A stretch of 64,000 nucleotides of DNA from Planctomycetota bacterium (GTDB lineage: Bacteria > Planctomycetota > UBA1135 > UBA2386): the NCBI GenBank assembly GCA_965223545.1, contig OZ245006.1, positions 256,001-320,000 on the forward strand. Reading direction: 5' to 3'. Under the pieces are notes generated by a model that was not told where the DNA came from, did not search any database, and worked only from the letters and a program-made list of their open reading frames with translations. Made by a program: the position numbers and the translations under genes. Shown here piece by piece: positions 32,337 to 43,900 of this stretch. Positions within the stretch are counted from its first letter, which is position 1. Every line of letters begins with the position of its first letter.

Positions 32337-33425
32337 ATGAACGACACGACTCCATCGCCCGTCCGCGTCCTCGTCATCGGCTGCGGCAACATGGGTGCCT
32401 CCCACGCGCGCGCCTACCACCAGCTCGCCGGCTTCGAGTTGGTCGGGGTGGTGAGCCGCGGCGCCGCCAGCCGCGAGGCGCTGTCACGTTCGCTCGGCGG
32501 GGTACCGACGTTCGACGACGACCGGAAAGCGCTGGCCGCGACGCGCCCGGACGCGGTCTCGATCAATACTTACCCCGACACGCACGCGGCCATCGCCCGC
32601 CGCGCGCTGGAGGCCGACGCGCACGTGTTCGTCGAGAAGCCGTTGGCCGAGACCGTCGCCGAGTCCGAGGAGATCGTCGCGCTGGCGCGCCGCCGGTCGC
32701 GCGCGCTGGTGGTCGGCTACATCCTGCGCGTGCACCCGGCTTGGCAGCTGTTCACCGAACAGGCACGGAGCCTCGGCAAGCCCTTGGTCATGCGCATGAA
32801 CCTCAACCAGCAGAGCGCGGGCGCCGAGTGGCAGACCCACAAGAACCTGATGGCGTCGATGTCGCCGATCGTCGATTGCGGCGTGCACTACGTCGACGTG
32901 ATGTGCCAGATGACGCGCGCCAAGCCGGTCCGCGTGCACGCCATCGGCGCGCGCCTCACCGACGAGATCCCCGCCGAGATGTACAACTACGGCCAGCTGC
33001 AGGTGGTCTTCGACGACGGCTCGGTCGGCTGGTACGAGGCCGGCTGGGGCCCGATGATGAGCGAGACCGCCTACTTCGTGAAGGACGTGATCGGCCCGCA
33101 CGGCAGCGCCAGCATCGTCGAGGCGGCGGCCGGCGAACGCGAGGCGGGATCGGCCGACATCGACTCGCACACCCGCACCAGCCGGATCAAGGTGCACCGC
33201 GCGGCGCGAGGTCGCGACGGCGGCTTCGAGACGCCCGACACCCTGCTCGACACCTCCGACGAGCCCGACCACGACGCGCTGTGCCTTCGCGAGCAAGAGC
33301 TGTTCTTGGCCGCGATTCGCGGCGAAGTCGATCTCGATGACCACTTGGCAGACGCGGTCAACAGCTTGCGGATCGTCCTGGCCGCGGACGAGTCGGTGCG
33401 CACCGGCAAGGTCGTCGCGCTGTAG
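32337..33425 (+). CDS. Gfo/Idh/MocA family oxidoreductase
   Basis: IGCGNMG, HVFVEKP, DCGVHYVD. Confidence 0.92.
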   Translation: MNDTTPSPVRVLVIGCGNMGASHARAYHQLAGFELVGVVSRGAASREALSRSLGGVPTFDDDRKALAATRPDAVSINTYPDTHAAIARRALEADAHVFVEKPLAETVAESEEIVALARRRSRALVVGYILRVHPAWQLFTEQARSLGKPLVMRMNLNQQSAGAEWQTHKNLMASMSPIVDCGVHYVDVMCQMTRAKPVRVHAIGARLTDEIPAEMYNYGQLQVVFDDGSVGWYEAGWGPMMSETAYFVKDVIGPHGSASIVEAAAGEREAGSADIDSHTRTSRIKVHRAARGRDGGFETPDTLLDTSDEPDHDALCLREQELFLAAIRGEVDLDDHLADAVNSLRIVLAADESVRTGKVVAL

Positions 33426-33488
33426 ACCTGGGCGGGGATCGAGGTCCGTCGAGCCGGTCCCGCTGGCGGCCGCGCAGATGCCGAGGAA

Positions 33489-34568
33489 TCAGCCGACGGC
33501 CAGCGACACCGACGCGGGCAGCCGCAGCTCGAAGGTGGCCTCTCCGTCGCCGTCGACCGTCGCGCGCACGTCTCCCCCGTGCGCGCGTGCCACCGTGCGC
33601 GCCAGGGTCATGCCCAGGTCGGAGCGGACCGCGGTGCTGCTCTCGGCCTGGGGGTTGAGCGCGTCGAACAGGAGGTCGGCACTGCCCTCCTCCAGGCGCA
33701 GCCCGTCGCCCTGAATCTGGACCACGGCTTCGTCGTCGTCGAGCTGCGAGACCACACGCACCTCGCTGTCGGGAGCCGACATGCCGACCGCGGCCTCGAG
33801 CATGGCGATCAGGCTGGTCGCCAGCTGCTCGCGGTCGGCGGACAGCATCACCGAGTCGACGGCCATCCGGCGCAGGGCGATGCGCCGGACCCGGGCGTCG
33901 GCCGCGACGGCATCGATCGCGTCGTCCAGAATGGCGGCGAGGTCTTGCCGTTCGCGCGCGAGCTCGACGCCTTCGGTGCGCCACGCGCACAGCATCAGGC
34001 CGCGGTCGGCGAGGGAAAGCAAGCGGCGCGCGCTCAGAGTGACGATCTCGCCCCACATCCGCCGCTGCTCGTCGTCCATCTGCGGCTCGTTCTGCAGGAT
34101 CTCGCCGGCCGGAACCATGCCGGTCAGCGGCGTGCGGATCTCGTGCGCGATCATCGACAGCAGATCGCTCTTCATCCGGTCGACGCTCTCCGCCGAGCAC
34201 AGGCGCAAGTAGACCCGGACCTTGGCCTCGAGCTCGTCCCCGTCGAACGGCTTGGTGACGTAGTCGTCCGCCCCGGCGGCGTAGCCCTCGAGCCGCTCGT
34301 TCGGCATCGCCTTCGCCGAGACCAAGACCACGATCACGTGCTGCAGCTTGGGATTGGCGCGGATCCGGCGGCAGGTCTCGTAGCCGTCGATGCCCGGCAT
34401 CATGATGTCGAGCAGCACCACGTCGGGACACCGCTCCTCCATGGCCGCCAACGCCTCTTCACCGCTGGTCGCGGTATCGAGCTCGTAATCGTCCCCGAGA
34501 AGCTCTTCGACAACGGCCAGATTGACCTCGTTGTCGTCGACCGCCAGGATCTTTCGCTTGCCTGTCAT
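33489..34568 (-). CDS. Receiver-HisKA hybrid protein with degenerate ATPase domain
   Basis: AVDDN, LLDIMMP, TKPF receiver; AHEIRTPL H-box; N, G1 and G2 boxes eroded. Confidence 0.85.
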   Translation of the reverse strand: MTGKRKILAVDDNEVNLAVVEELLGDDYELDTATSGEEALAAMEERCPDVVLLDIMMPGIDGYETCRRIRANPKLQHVIVVLVSAKAMPNERLEGYAAGADDYVTKPFDGDELEAKVRVYLRLCSAESVDRMKSDLLSMIAHEIRTPLTGMVPAGEILQNEPQMDDEQRRMWGEIVTLSARRLLSLADRGLMLCAWRTEGVELARERQDLAAILDDAIDAVAADARVRRIALRRMAVDSVMLSADREQLATSLIAMLEAAVGMSAPDSEVRVVSQLDDDEAVVQIQGDGLRLEEGSADLLFDALNPQAESSTAVRSDLGMTLARTVARAHGGDVRATVDGDGEATFELRLPASVSLAVG

Positions 34569-34694
34569 CTCCCCCCCCAGGGCTGCGGCCTCGCGATCAG
34601 CGGGCCCGTACGCCGCTCTTGTGATCGACCACCGCCGCGGACGACTTGTGTCTCGTTCTGAGATGCGCCACGGACGAAACCCTTCCCGCCTCGG

Positions 34695-35384
34695 ATGACC
34701 CTCGATCGCTTCGCCGCATTCGCCGCACGGTTGAGCAGCGCGGGGCTGGATCTCGTCGGCTGCGCACTCGCCGCGCACTGCGGCACGCTCTGCCGACAGC
34801 CCGCCCTCCTACCGGATGGCGGCTCGGTCATCCTCGTCGGCAGCGGCGGAACGCGGCACTGGGAAGGCCTCGACGCCCGCCAGCGCGCACACCCCGATCC
34901 GATCGACCGGGCGGCGGCGACCGCGATCGACACCGCCGTCGAGCTGTTGGGCGACGGCACGCGGCGGCTGCCCGCCGCCGCGCAGAACGCGTTCGACCTG
35001 CGCAGCCTCGGCGCCCTCACCGGCATCGGCGTGGTGTCCCCGTATCTCGAGATGCTCATCCATCCCCGGTACGGACCTTGGATCGGCATCCGCGCAGTGC
35101 TGGTCAGCGACTCGCCCTGGCCCGCGACTCCGGCGCTCGCCAGCTTCGATCCGTGCGGGCCCTGCACGCGCCCCTGTCTCGAGGCCTGCCCGGTGGATGC
35201 CTATCGACACGGCGCCCCCTGGTCGTTCGCGGGCTGCGCCGCGCACCGCCGGGCAGGGCGCGCGCCCGAAACGCACTGCGATGACGGCTGCCACTCCCGT
35301 CTGGCCTGCGTGGTCGGCCCCGAACACGCATATGGAGCGCTCGAGTATCGCCACCGCCACCGCGCCAACCTGGCGCATCTCTGA
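34695..35384 (+). CDS. CblC/QueG-like protein with ferredoxin-type Cys motif
   Basis: LIHPRYGPWIGIRAV, CGPCTRPCLEACP, CDDGCHSRLACVVG. Confidence 0.7.
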   Translation: MTLDRFAAFAARLSSAGLDLVGCALAAHCGTLCRQPALLPDGGSVILVGSGGTRHWEGLDARQRAHPDPIDRAAATAIDTAVELLGDGTRRLPAAAQNAFDLRSLGALTGIGVVSPYLEMLIHPRYGPWIGIRAVLVSDSPWPATPALASFDPCGPCTRPCLEACPVDAYRHGAPWSFAGCAAHRRAGRAPETHCDDGCHSRLACVVGPEHAYGALEYRHRHRANLAHL

Positions 35385-35403
35385 AAGGGGCGGAGGTGCG
35401 CCG

Positions 35404-36408
35404 TCAACGGCTCGGCATCCCGGCGCGGTCGTAGCCCCAGAGCCGCAGCAGGTCTCGGTCGAGCAGGGCGCTCAGCCGCTCGACCTCGGGGCGCCATTCG
35501 GCGCGCAGCCGCGCCCGCAGCGACTGCTCGAGGGCCGGCCGCGGCGCCTGCTTGGTGTTGAGCCGGTCCAGCAGGCGCACGACGCGCCCCTGCAGGCGCA
35601 GCGGAACCAACGGCAGGCGGCGCACGGGAATGCGTGGTCCCGGCGGGAAATCGCCGTGCCGGTAGGCCTCGTACAGCAACGGGTGGCGCGAGGCGAGCAC
35701 GTCGGCGAGCCAACGCGAGCGCGGCGCCTTGGACGCGTTGACGCGTTCGAACTTGGGCTCGAACGCGCGCGGCTCCAGGCCGGCGAACGCGAGCACGTCG
35801 GCGTAGACTGCCGCGGGGTCGGCGGCCAGGTCGTCCTGCACGATCACCTTGATCTGGTTGTCCGGAAACAGCGCGCGGTAGCGCTCGATCTGCGCCGAGA
35901 AGCGCGCCATCTCCGAGTAGTACAGCAGCGACGGCACCCGCGCGGTCCGCGGCAGCTCCTCGCCACGGCGGCGGGCGGGTTCGAGCGCGAGCGCTTCGGC
36001 AAACGACCGCCGGTCCTCGTCCAGATGGAACAGATAGACCGAGTGCAGCGAGTGCAGGAAGCTCACCGGCTCGCGGATCATGCAGATGATCTTGGCAGCC
36101 GGATCGAACGCTTGGATGTTGGCCGCGGCGACCTTCGAGTAGAGGTAGAGCACCGACGCCTCGCCGACGACCGGCTGGGTTCCGGCATCGCGGAACAGCC
36201 AGAGGTACTGCTCGAGGTTGCGGAACACACCGAACTCAGGCCGGCCGCGGTGCCGGTCGCCTTCGGCGGTCAGATCGTTCGAGAAGAAGTGCGGCTCCTT
36301 CTCCGGCGACATGAAGACGTCGGGGTGCGCGGCGAGATAGTGGTGCATCGACGAAGTGCCGCAACGCGGAGCGCCGACGATGAACAGATTGGGCCGGCGG
36401 CCACTCAC
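35404..36408 (-). CDS. PAPS-dependent sulfotransferase
   Basis: PNLFIVGAPRCGTSS (5'-PSB), KEPHFF, GEASVLY, IREPVSFLHS (3'-PB); GTGA overlap with the upstream PKS. Confidence 0.9.
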   Translation of the reverse strand: MSGRRPNLFIVGAPRCGTSSMHHYLAAHPDVFMSPEKEPHFFSNDLTAEGDRHRGRPEFGVFRNLEQYLWLFRDAGTQPVVGEASVLYLYSKVAAANIQAFDPAAKIICMIREPVSFLHSLHSVYLFHLDEDRRSFAEALALEPARRRGEELPRTARVPSLLYYSEMARFSAQIERYRALFPDNQIKVIVQDDLAADPAAVYADVLAFAGLEPRAFEPKFERVNASKAPRSRWLADVLASRHPLLYEAYRHGDFPPGPRIPVRRLPLVPLRLQGRVVRLLDRLNTKQAPRPALEQSLRARLRAEWRPEVERLSALLDRDLLRLWGYDRAGMPSR

Positions 36409-39400
36409 CGCCGCTTGCTCCGCGCGCGTGCCCGCGCCGCCCACTGCGTGGTGCGGATCGCCTGCGCCAGCGCCTCGATCTGCGGCGTCTCCATCACCGT
36501 GCGCAGCGGCAGGGTGACATCGAGGTCGCGCTGCACCCGCGCGATCAACCGGTGGCTCGACAACGAGTCCAGGCCCAGCTCGAACCAATCGTCGTGGCGG
36601 CCGATGCCATCGATGCCCAGCAGCTCGCGGCCGATCTCCGCCAGCGCTTCCTCGATCTCGCCCTCGGGCGCCTCGAACTGCGTCGCCAACTCCGGCCGCT
36701 GATGCCCGGCCTCGACCTCGGCGGCCCCGTTGGCCGGGCGCTCGGGTGGAGGGCGGCGCGCGTCGCGCAACCGCGCATCGAACGGCGTCGTCGAGACCAA
36801 GACGTGCGGCATCGCCGTCGACAGGATCCGCGCCAGCGCCTGCACGCCCTCGGCCGGCCGGATTGCCAGGGCCAGTGCCCGCTCCCGCGCGGCCTGCAAC
36901 GCGGCTGGCACGGCGCTGCGCGTCGCCAGCCCGACCTCGGCCCACAGATCCCAGCCAACCGAGACGTAGCGCCCGGGCACCGGCCGATCGACCGTCTCGG
37001 CCAAGGCATCGAGCACCGCGTTGGCGCCGCAGTAGTCGCTGCCGCCGGCTCCGCCCAACCAGCTCGCGACCGACGAACACGCGACGAACAGCTCGACGGG
37101 TTGCTCGGCCAACGCCTCCATCAACGCAACCGTGCCCCGCACCTTGGGTGCGAGCACGGGCAGGGCTGCGGCGGCGGCGTTCTCCTGCAGCGCGGCGGTG
37201 CCGCTGGTCGGCAGACCGGCGGCGTGGATCACCGTGTGCACCGCACCGAACCGCTCGACGGCGCGCGCCACCGCCGCGCGCACCGCCGAGGGGTCGGCGA
37301 CGTCGGCACACACCAGCTCGACGTCTGCACCCGCGGCCTCCAGTGCCTGCACCGCGCGCATGCGCTCGGCGGTGCGGTCCTCGGCGTCGGCAGCGTCCAG
37401 CACTGCCGGCCACTCCTGCCGCGGCGGTAACGCAGCGCGGCCGAGCAGCACCAGCTGGCGACGCCCGGCCTCGACCAGGGCGCGGGCCAACACGGCGCCG
37501 ATGCCGCCGAGTCCGCCGGTGATCAGGCACGCGCCGTCGGCACGGGGCGGCAACACCGCGGCGGGGTCCACCGCATCGAGCCGCACGGCCTGGGTCACCG
37601 CGACCCAACGCCGCCCGTCGCGATAGGCGACCAGCAAGTCCTCGGTGAGCGTGCCGCACTCCTCGACCAGCAGCGCGCTGTGCTCGGCCGCGCTGCCGTC
37701 GCGCGGCAGATCGACGTGGCGGCAGCGCAGCCCCGGCTCCTCCTGCTGCAGAACGCGCACCGGTCCGAGTGCCAACGCCCGCTCGGCCGACCGCGGCGCG
37801 TCGCCGGGAACCACCGCGCACAGGTCGTCGCTGGCGGCGATGATCTCCAGGGCGCCGCCGCGCTCGCCGACGACGCGGCCGACCGCCAACAGCGCGGCGA
37901 AGGCATCCTGCGCCGCGGCCTCTTCCACCGCGGGCTCACACGCCAGCAGACTGATCCAGCGGCAGGGGCCATCGCCGCCGATGTGCTCCCACAGCGCGCG
38001 CCAGTCGCCGGCATCGGCCACCCGCAACGCGACGGCGTCGGCTTCGTGCACGGCGAACGCCGCAGCCGGAGTCACCACCACCGCGCGCCCGCCATCGGCC
38101 CGGAGCGCCGACGCCAACGCCGCGCCGAGTCCGCCGGCGTCGCCGACCACGACCGAACAACCGCCGACCGCCCGCCGACCGCCGCGCTGTGCGGCCCGCG
38201 GTGACGGCTGCCACGTCGGCACGTAGAACCAATCGGCCAACTCGGCGCGCTGCGCCGGCGCGTCGGCCGTCTCCCGCACCGGCTCCAGCCAGTGCCGGGT
38301 CGGTTCGAACGGATAGGACGGCAACGACACGCGCGGCCGCACCGCGCTGCCCCAGTACGCGTCGACGTCGACCGCCGCGCCGGCGACCCACAGTCGGCCC
38401 ACCGCCGCGACGAACGCCTCGCGCTCGGCATCCGCCGCCGCCGCCGACGGGTGCGGCATCGATGCCACCACCCCGCGCGCCTTGCCGCCGCGCACTTGCC
38501 GGGCCAGGCGGACCAGGCTTTCCCCCGGGCCGACCTCGAGCAGCACACGGTCGTCGTCGGCCGACAGCGTCGCGGCGGCGTCGGCGAAGCGCACGGGCTC
38601 GCGCAGGTTACGGCCCCAGTACTCCGGCTCGGCCCACGCCTCGGCCGCGAGCCAGTCGCCGGTGACGGTCGACACCCACGGCACGGTAGCGGGCCGCAGC
38701 TGGCAGCGCCGTACCGCGTCGACGAACGGCTGCACCGCCGGCTGCATCATCGGCGAATGGAATGCGTGCGAGGTGTGCAGCACGCGGCACGGCACCTGCT
38801 CCGCTTCCAGCTGCGCGCGCAGGTCGGCAACTGCCGCGGCCGGACCGGAGACCACACAAGAGCCCGGCGCGTTGATCGCCGCCAGCGACACCTCCGCCGG
38901 CAAGCGCGGCGCGAGCTCGGCCTCGGCCGCGGCAACGCTGAGCATGTCGCCCCGCGGCTGTTCGAACAGCAGCCGTCCCCGCAGCGCCACCAACCGCGCC
39001 GCATCCTCGAACTGCATCACGCCGGCGATCGACGCCGCCACCAGCTCACCGACGCTGTGGCCGACCAGCGCGCCGGGCTCGATGCCGAGCGCCATCCACG
39101 TCCGCGCCAGCGCGTACTCGACGGCAAACAGCGCGGGCTGCGTCAGCCAGGTCTCCGCCAGCTGCGCCGCGGCGGCCTCCCGGTCCGACGTCGCGAACAG
39201 CACCGTGCGCAGATCCAAGCCGAGATCGTCGCGCAGCACTTCGGCGGCCGCGTCCAGGTGCTGGCGGAAGACCGGCTCGTGCTCGTAGAGCGCGCTGCCC
39301 ATGCCGACGTGCTGCGCACCCTGGCCGGGAAAGGCGAACGCGACCCGCGCCGGCGACGCGGTGTGCGCGCTGGCCACGGCGTTCTGACCGCCGCGCAGCG

Positions 39401-40940
39401 CCGCGATCGCGGCGCTGCGGTCGGCGGCGACGATCGCACGGCGGTGCCAGAACACATCGCGGCCGCGGTGCAAGGTGTACGCGACGTCGTGCAGCGCCAG
39501 CGTGGGTTGGGCCTCCAGGTGCGCGGCGAGCCGGCCACTGGCCCGATCCAGCGCCGCGGCGCTCTTCGCCGAGAGCAACAGCAGATCGGGCCGCCGCGCC
39601 GGCGCCGGCGCCGGCACCGGCGCCGGTGCCGGTGCTTCTTCGAGGACAACGTGTGCGTTGGTCCCCCCCATGCCGAACGAGCTCACGCCGGCGCGGCGCG
39701 GCCGCGCCCCGCGCGGCCACGGACGCAGTGCGTCGTTGACGAAGAACGGACTCTGGCCGAAGTCGATCTCGGGGTTGGGCCGCTCGTAGTGCAGGCTCGG
39801 CGGCATCGCCTCGTGCTGCAGCGCCAGCACGACCTTGATCAAACCGGCGACGCCCGCCGCGGCGTCGGCGTGGCCGATGTTGGACTTGACCGAGCCGAGC
39901 GCGCAGTAGCCGCGCCGGTCGGTGCCGCCGGCGAACGCGCGCTGCAGCGCGGCCACCTCGATCGGGTCGCCGAGCGGCGTACCGGTGCCGTGCGCCTCGA
40001 CGAGGTCGATGCTGTCCGACGAGACGTCGGCGATCTCCAGCGCAGCGGCGACCACCTTGGCCTGGCCTTCGACACTCGGCGCGAAGACGCTGACCTTGTT
40101 GAAGCCCTCGTTGTTGACCGCCGCGCCGCGGATCACCGCCAGGATCGGGTCGCCGTCTCGCAGCGCGTCTTCGCACCGGCGCAGGGCGACCACGCCGACG
40201 CCCTCGCCACTCACGGTGCCAGCGGCGGCCGCGTCGAACGGCCGGCAGTGGCCGTCCTGCGACAGGATCGCCTCGCGCTCCAGCGAGTAGGCCGCGCGCT
40301 GCGGTACCCGCACCGTGACCCCGCCGGCCAGTGCCATGTCGCACTGGTAGTTGAGCAGGCTCTGCCAGGCGTGGACCACCGCCACCAATGAGGTGGAGCA
40401 CGCGGTGTGCAGCGTCGCGCACGGTCCCTGCAGGTCGAGCAGATGCGCGACCCGCATGGTCAAGAAGTCCGAGGTGGTCGCCGCGTTGAGGGTGGAGGCG
40501 TTGAGCGCGGCAGTGCGTTGCCGGTGCCCGCGAACACAAGTCAGGTGGTAGGTGTTGAGGCTGCAGCCGCCGTAGACCGCGGTGACCCGCGGGCAACGCG
40601 ACGGACCGTAGCCGGCGTTCTCGACCGCCGCCCACGCGCATTCCAAGAACAGGCGGTGCTGCGGATCGAGCACCTCGGCCTCGTTGGGGCTGATGCCGAA
40701 GAACGCCGCGTCGAAGCGGTCGATGTCGTCCAGGACCCCACCGACCGCGACCACGCCGCCGGCACCTTCGCCGGCCACCTCTTCGGCAGTGAAGCGGGTC
40801 ACCGTCTCCCGACCGTCGCGCAAGTTGCCCCAGAACTCGTCGAGGTCGCGCGCGCCCGGAAACCGACCGGCCATCCCGACGATGGCGACGCAGCCCTCGT
40901 ACTCGCCGGCCTGAGCCTCGGGGTCGCGGGCCTCGCTCAT
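36405..40940 (-). CDS. Type I PKS module KS-AT-KR-ACP
   Basis: KS TACSTS, EAHGTGT, NIGH; AT GHSVG, HAFHS; KR TGGLGGIG, DYCGAN; ACP ELGLDSL. Confidence 0.95.
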   Translation of the reverse strand: MSEARDPEAQAGEYEGCVAIVGMAGRFPGARDLDEFWGNLRDGRETVTRFTAEEVAGEGAGGVVAVGGVLDDIDRFDAAFFGISPNEAEVLDPQHRLFLECAWAAVENAGYGPSRCPRVTAVYGGCSLNTYHLTCVRGHRQRTAALNASTLNAATTSDFLTMRVAHLLDLQGPCATLHTACSTSLVAVVHAWQSLLNYQCDMALAGGVTVRVPQRAAYSLEREAILSQDGHCRPFDAAAAGTVSGEGVGVVALRRCEDALRDGDPILAVIRGAAVNNEGFNKVSVFAPSVEGQAKVVAAALEIADVSSDSIDLVEAHGTGTPLGDPIEVAALQRAFAGGTDRRGYCALGSVKSNIGHADAAAGVAGLIKVVLALQHEAMPPSLHYERPNPEIDFGQSPFFVNDALRPWPRGARPRRAGVSSFGMGGTNAHVVLEEAPAPAPVPAPAPARRPDLLLLSAKSAAALDRASGRLAAHLEAQPTLALHDVAYTLHRGRDVFWHRRAIVAADRSAAIAALRGGQNAVASAHTASPARVAFAFPGQGAQHVGMGSALYEHEPVFRQHLDAAAEVLRDDLGLDLRTVLFATSDREAAAAQLAETWLTQPALFAVEYALARTWMALGIEPGALVGHSVGELVAASIAGVMQFEDAARLVALRGRLLFEQPRGDMLSVAAAEAELAPRLPAEVSLAAINAPGSCVVSGPAAAVADLRAQLEAEQVPCRVLHTSHAFHSPMMQPAVQPFVDAVRRCQLRPATVPWVSTVTGDWLAAEAWAEPEYWGRNLREPVRFADAAATLSADDDRVLLEVGPGESLVRLARQVRGGKARGVVASMPHPSAAAADAEREAFVAAVGRLWVAGAAVDVDAYWGSAVRPRVSLPSYPFEPTRHWLEPVRETADAPAQRAELADWFYVPTWQPSPRAAQRGGRRAVGGCSVVVGDAGGLGAALASALRADGGRAVVVTPAAAFAVHEADAVALRVADAGDWRALWEHIGGDGPCRWISLLACEPAVEEAAAQDAFAALLAVGRVVGERGGALEIIAASDDLCAVVPGDAPRSAERALALGPVRVLQQEEPGLRCRHVDLPRDGSAAEHSALLVEECGTLTEDLLVAYRDGRRWVAVTQAVRLDAVDPAAVLPPRADGACLITGGLGGIGAVLARALVEAGRRQLVLLGRAALPPRQEWPAVLDAADAEDRTAERMRAVQALEAAGADVELVCADVADPSAVRAAVARAVERFGAVHTVIHAAGLPTSGTAALQENAAAAALPVLAPKVRGTVALMEALAEQPVELFVACSSVASWLGGAGGSDYCGANAVLDALAETVDRPVPGRYVSVGWDLWAEVGLATRSAVPAALQAARERALALAIRPAEGVQALARILSTAMPHVLVSTTPFDARLRDARRPPPERPANGAAEVEAGHQRPELATQFEAPEGEIEEALAEIGRELLGIDGIGRHDDWFELGLDSLSSHRLIARVQRDLDVTLPLRTVMETPQIEALAQAIRTTQWAARARARSKRR

Positions 40941-43900
40941 CCCGCGCCTCCCCGCCGTTTGCGCGCCGCCGCGCCCAGCTTGCCGAACGCCTGCCGCTGC
41001 TTGCCGGCACGCTCCTTCTCGGCGTCGAGCTGCGGTGCGCGGCTGCCGCCGGCCATTCGCGCCGCCTGCTCGGCGACGGTCGCGTGCTCGAACATCTCGG
41101 CCATCGTCAGGGTCGCGCCGAACTCGCTCTTCAGCCGGTGGTTGAGCCGCACCAACAGCAGCGAATGGCCACCGAGCTCGAAGAAGTTGTCGTCGACTCC
41201 CAGGCCATCGATGCCCAACAGCTCCTGCCACACTGCCAGAATCCGCGCCTCGTGCTCGTCACGCGCGGCGACGTGCGGCGTCGGCAGCGAGGGGCGCGGC
41301 GCCAAGCCCGCGCTGGCGTCCGGCGCGTTCGCCGGCTCGCCGCCGGCTGGCGACGCGCTCGCCGCCTCGCCCCCGGCGGCGGTCGCCGCGGGCTGCGCCG
41401 CGCCGGTCTCGACCCCCACCGCTATCCGCGGAGCCAGATCGCGCGTCGAGATCCATACGTGCCCGCCGCCCGCGGCGACCGCGCGGCGAAACACCTCGAC
41501 CCCTTCGTCGGTCCGCAGTCCGTGGCGCAGCACGTCTGCCCGCGCCGCGGCGAGCTCGTCCGGCACCGCGCTCTCCGCTGTCATCCCGACCTCTGCCCAC
41601 GCGTCCCAGCCAATGGTGGTCACCGGGCAGTCGCCCGGCACCGCCGCCAGCGCGTCCTGCACCGCGTTGGCGCCGCAGTAGTCGGCGGCACCGACCGCGC
41701 CGAGCAGGCTGGTGAGCGACGAGCACAGGACGAACAGCTCGAGCGGCTGGCCCGCCGTCGCGGCGCGCAGGGCGATCGAGCCGCGCACCTTGGCATCGAG
41801 CACCGCCGCCGCCGCCGCCGGCTCGCGCAGCTCCAGCAATCCTCCCCGTGCGCTGCCGGCCGCGTGCACGACACCGCGCAGCGGGCCCATCGCGTCGACC
41901 ACCTCCGCCACCGCACGCTCGACTTGCGCGGGATCGCCGGCATCGGCATGCCACACCTGCACGCGCGCCCCGGTGGCTTCCAAGGCGAGCAGCCGCTCGA
42001 CGCGGCGTCGCTCGGGATCGCCGGTCGGCCGCTTCGCGCAGATCGCCTCGAACTCCCCGCGCGCGGGCAGTGGCGAACGGATCAGCAGCGCGATGCGACT
42101 GTCACCGAGCCGCGCCAGATGCATCGCGATGCTGGCGCCGATGCCGCCCAACCCGCCGGTGATCAAGAACGCTCCGCCCGGGCGTTCCCACGCCAGAGCC
42201 TCGGGCGCGGCCAGCGGGGACGGCACCGCCACCAGCGCGCGCCAGTCGCGGTGGCGGCGGGCGAGGATCGGCTCCTCGCCGCGACCGAGCACCGCGAGCA
42301 CGGCGGCCGACTGCTCGGCACCGGCGCCGGCGGGCAAGTCCAGGAGCCGCGCATGGATGGTTGGGTGCTCTTGCCGCAGCCCCCGCACGATGCCGACCGC
42401 GGTCGCTCGCGCCGGTCCCAGCACGGGTTCGCCGGCGACCGAGAACAAGCCGTCGGTCAGCACGGTCAGGGCGAACGAGCCCGCGGCGGCGTCCTGCAGA
42501 CCGGCTTGGACCAGGGCCAACGGGGCGTAGAACGCCCGGCGTTCGGCGTCTTCCTCGCCGGCCAACGACCACAGGTGGACGAAGTGCAGCGGCGCCCCGT
42601 CGTGCCCGAGTGCATCGAGGAGGCGGCGCCAATCTTCGCGGCTGTCCGGCCGCACTGCGAACCGTTGCTCGCCGTGTCGCGTGAAGTCTCCGCCGGCCTC
42701 CACCTCGACCACCGTGGCGCCGGCGTCGCGCAGCCCGCCAGCCAGGGTCGCGGCCAAGTCCGCGCTCCCCGAACCGCCGATCCCGTCGGTCAGGAGCACC
42801 CAGCGCGCCGCCGGCAACGCGGTCGCGGCGATCGGCATCGCGCGCCACGCCGCGCTGTAGAACCAACGCGCCGGATCGGCATGGCGCTCCACGCTCGCAG
42901 CACGCGGTGCCGGGTCGACCCAGTAGCGCTGGCGCTCGAACGGATAGGTCGGCAACCGCACCGTGCGCCGGCGCGCCTCGCCCTGCACGGCCTGCCAGTC
43001 GATGGCGGCCCCGTGCGCCCACAGCTGTCCCACCGCTTCCTGCAGCACCTCGACGTCGTCCGCCCCACCGTCGGCGGGGTGGCGCATCGAGGCGACCACC
43101 TGCCGGCGTCCCGCCGTCAGCTGTGCCGCGGTCAAGCTCTGCAGCGTCCGCCCGGGCCCGACCTCGAGCAGCAGCAGCTCCTCGTCGGCGAGCAGCTTGG
43201 CGACCGCGCTGGCGAACCGCACCGGCGCGCGCAACTGCTCGGCCCAGTAGCTCGGCTGCGCAAAGGTGTCGGCTTCGGTCCAGTCACCGGTCATCGACGA
43301 CACGCAGGGCAAACCAGCGCGGCCGCGCCCCACCGCCGCGACCTCGGCCATGAACGGCTCCACGATCGGCTGCATCATCGCCGAGTGGAACGCGTGCGAA
43401 GTGTGCAATCGCCGGCAGCCGACGTCGGCTGCGCCGAGCGCAGTGCTGAGTGCGTCGACCACCTCGTTCGGTCCGGACACGACGCAAGACTCCGGCGCAT
43501 TGACGGCCGCCAGGGACAGCCCACCGAACTCCGGCCGCTGCAGCCAGGCGCCCACCGAAGCCTCGTCGGCGGCGATGCCGAGCATCCCCCCCTCGGGCAG
43601 GGCGTCCATCATCGCGCCGCGCGCCGCGACCAACGCCAGGGCGTCCTCCAGCGACAAGACCCCCGCCAGGCACGCGGCGACGAACTCGCCGACGCTGTGG
43701 CCGAGCATTGCCGCCGGCTGCACGCCAAAGGCCATCCACTGCCGCGCCAGTGCGTACTGCACCGCGAACAGCGCCGGCTGGGCCCACTTGGTCCGGCGCA
43801 GCCGCGCCGTGGCGCGTTCGACATCCGCGTCGTAGAGCACCGCAGTCAAGTCTTCACCCAGCGGCCCCGCCAAGATCTTCGCGCAGTGCTCCAGATGCTG

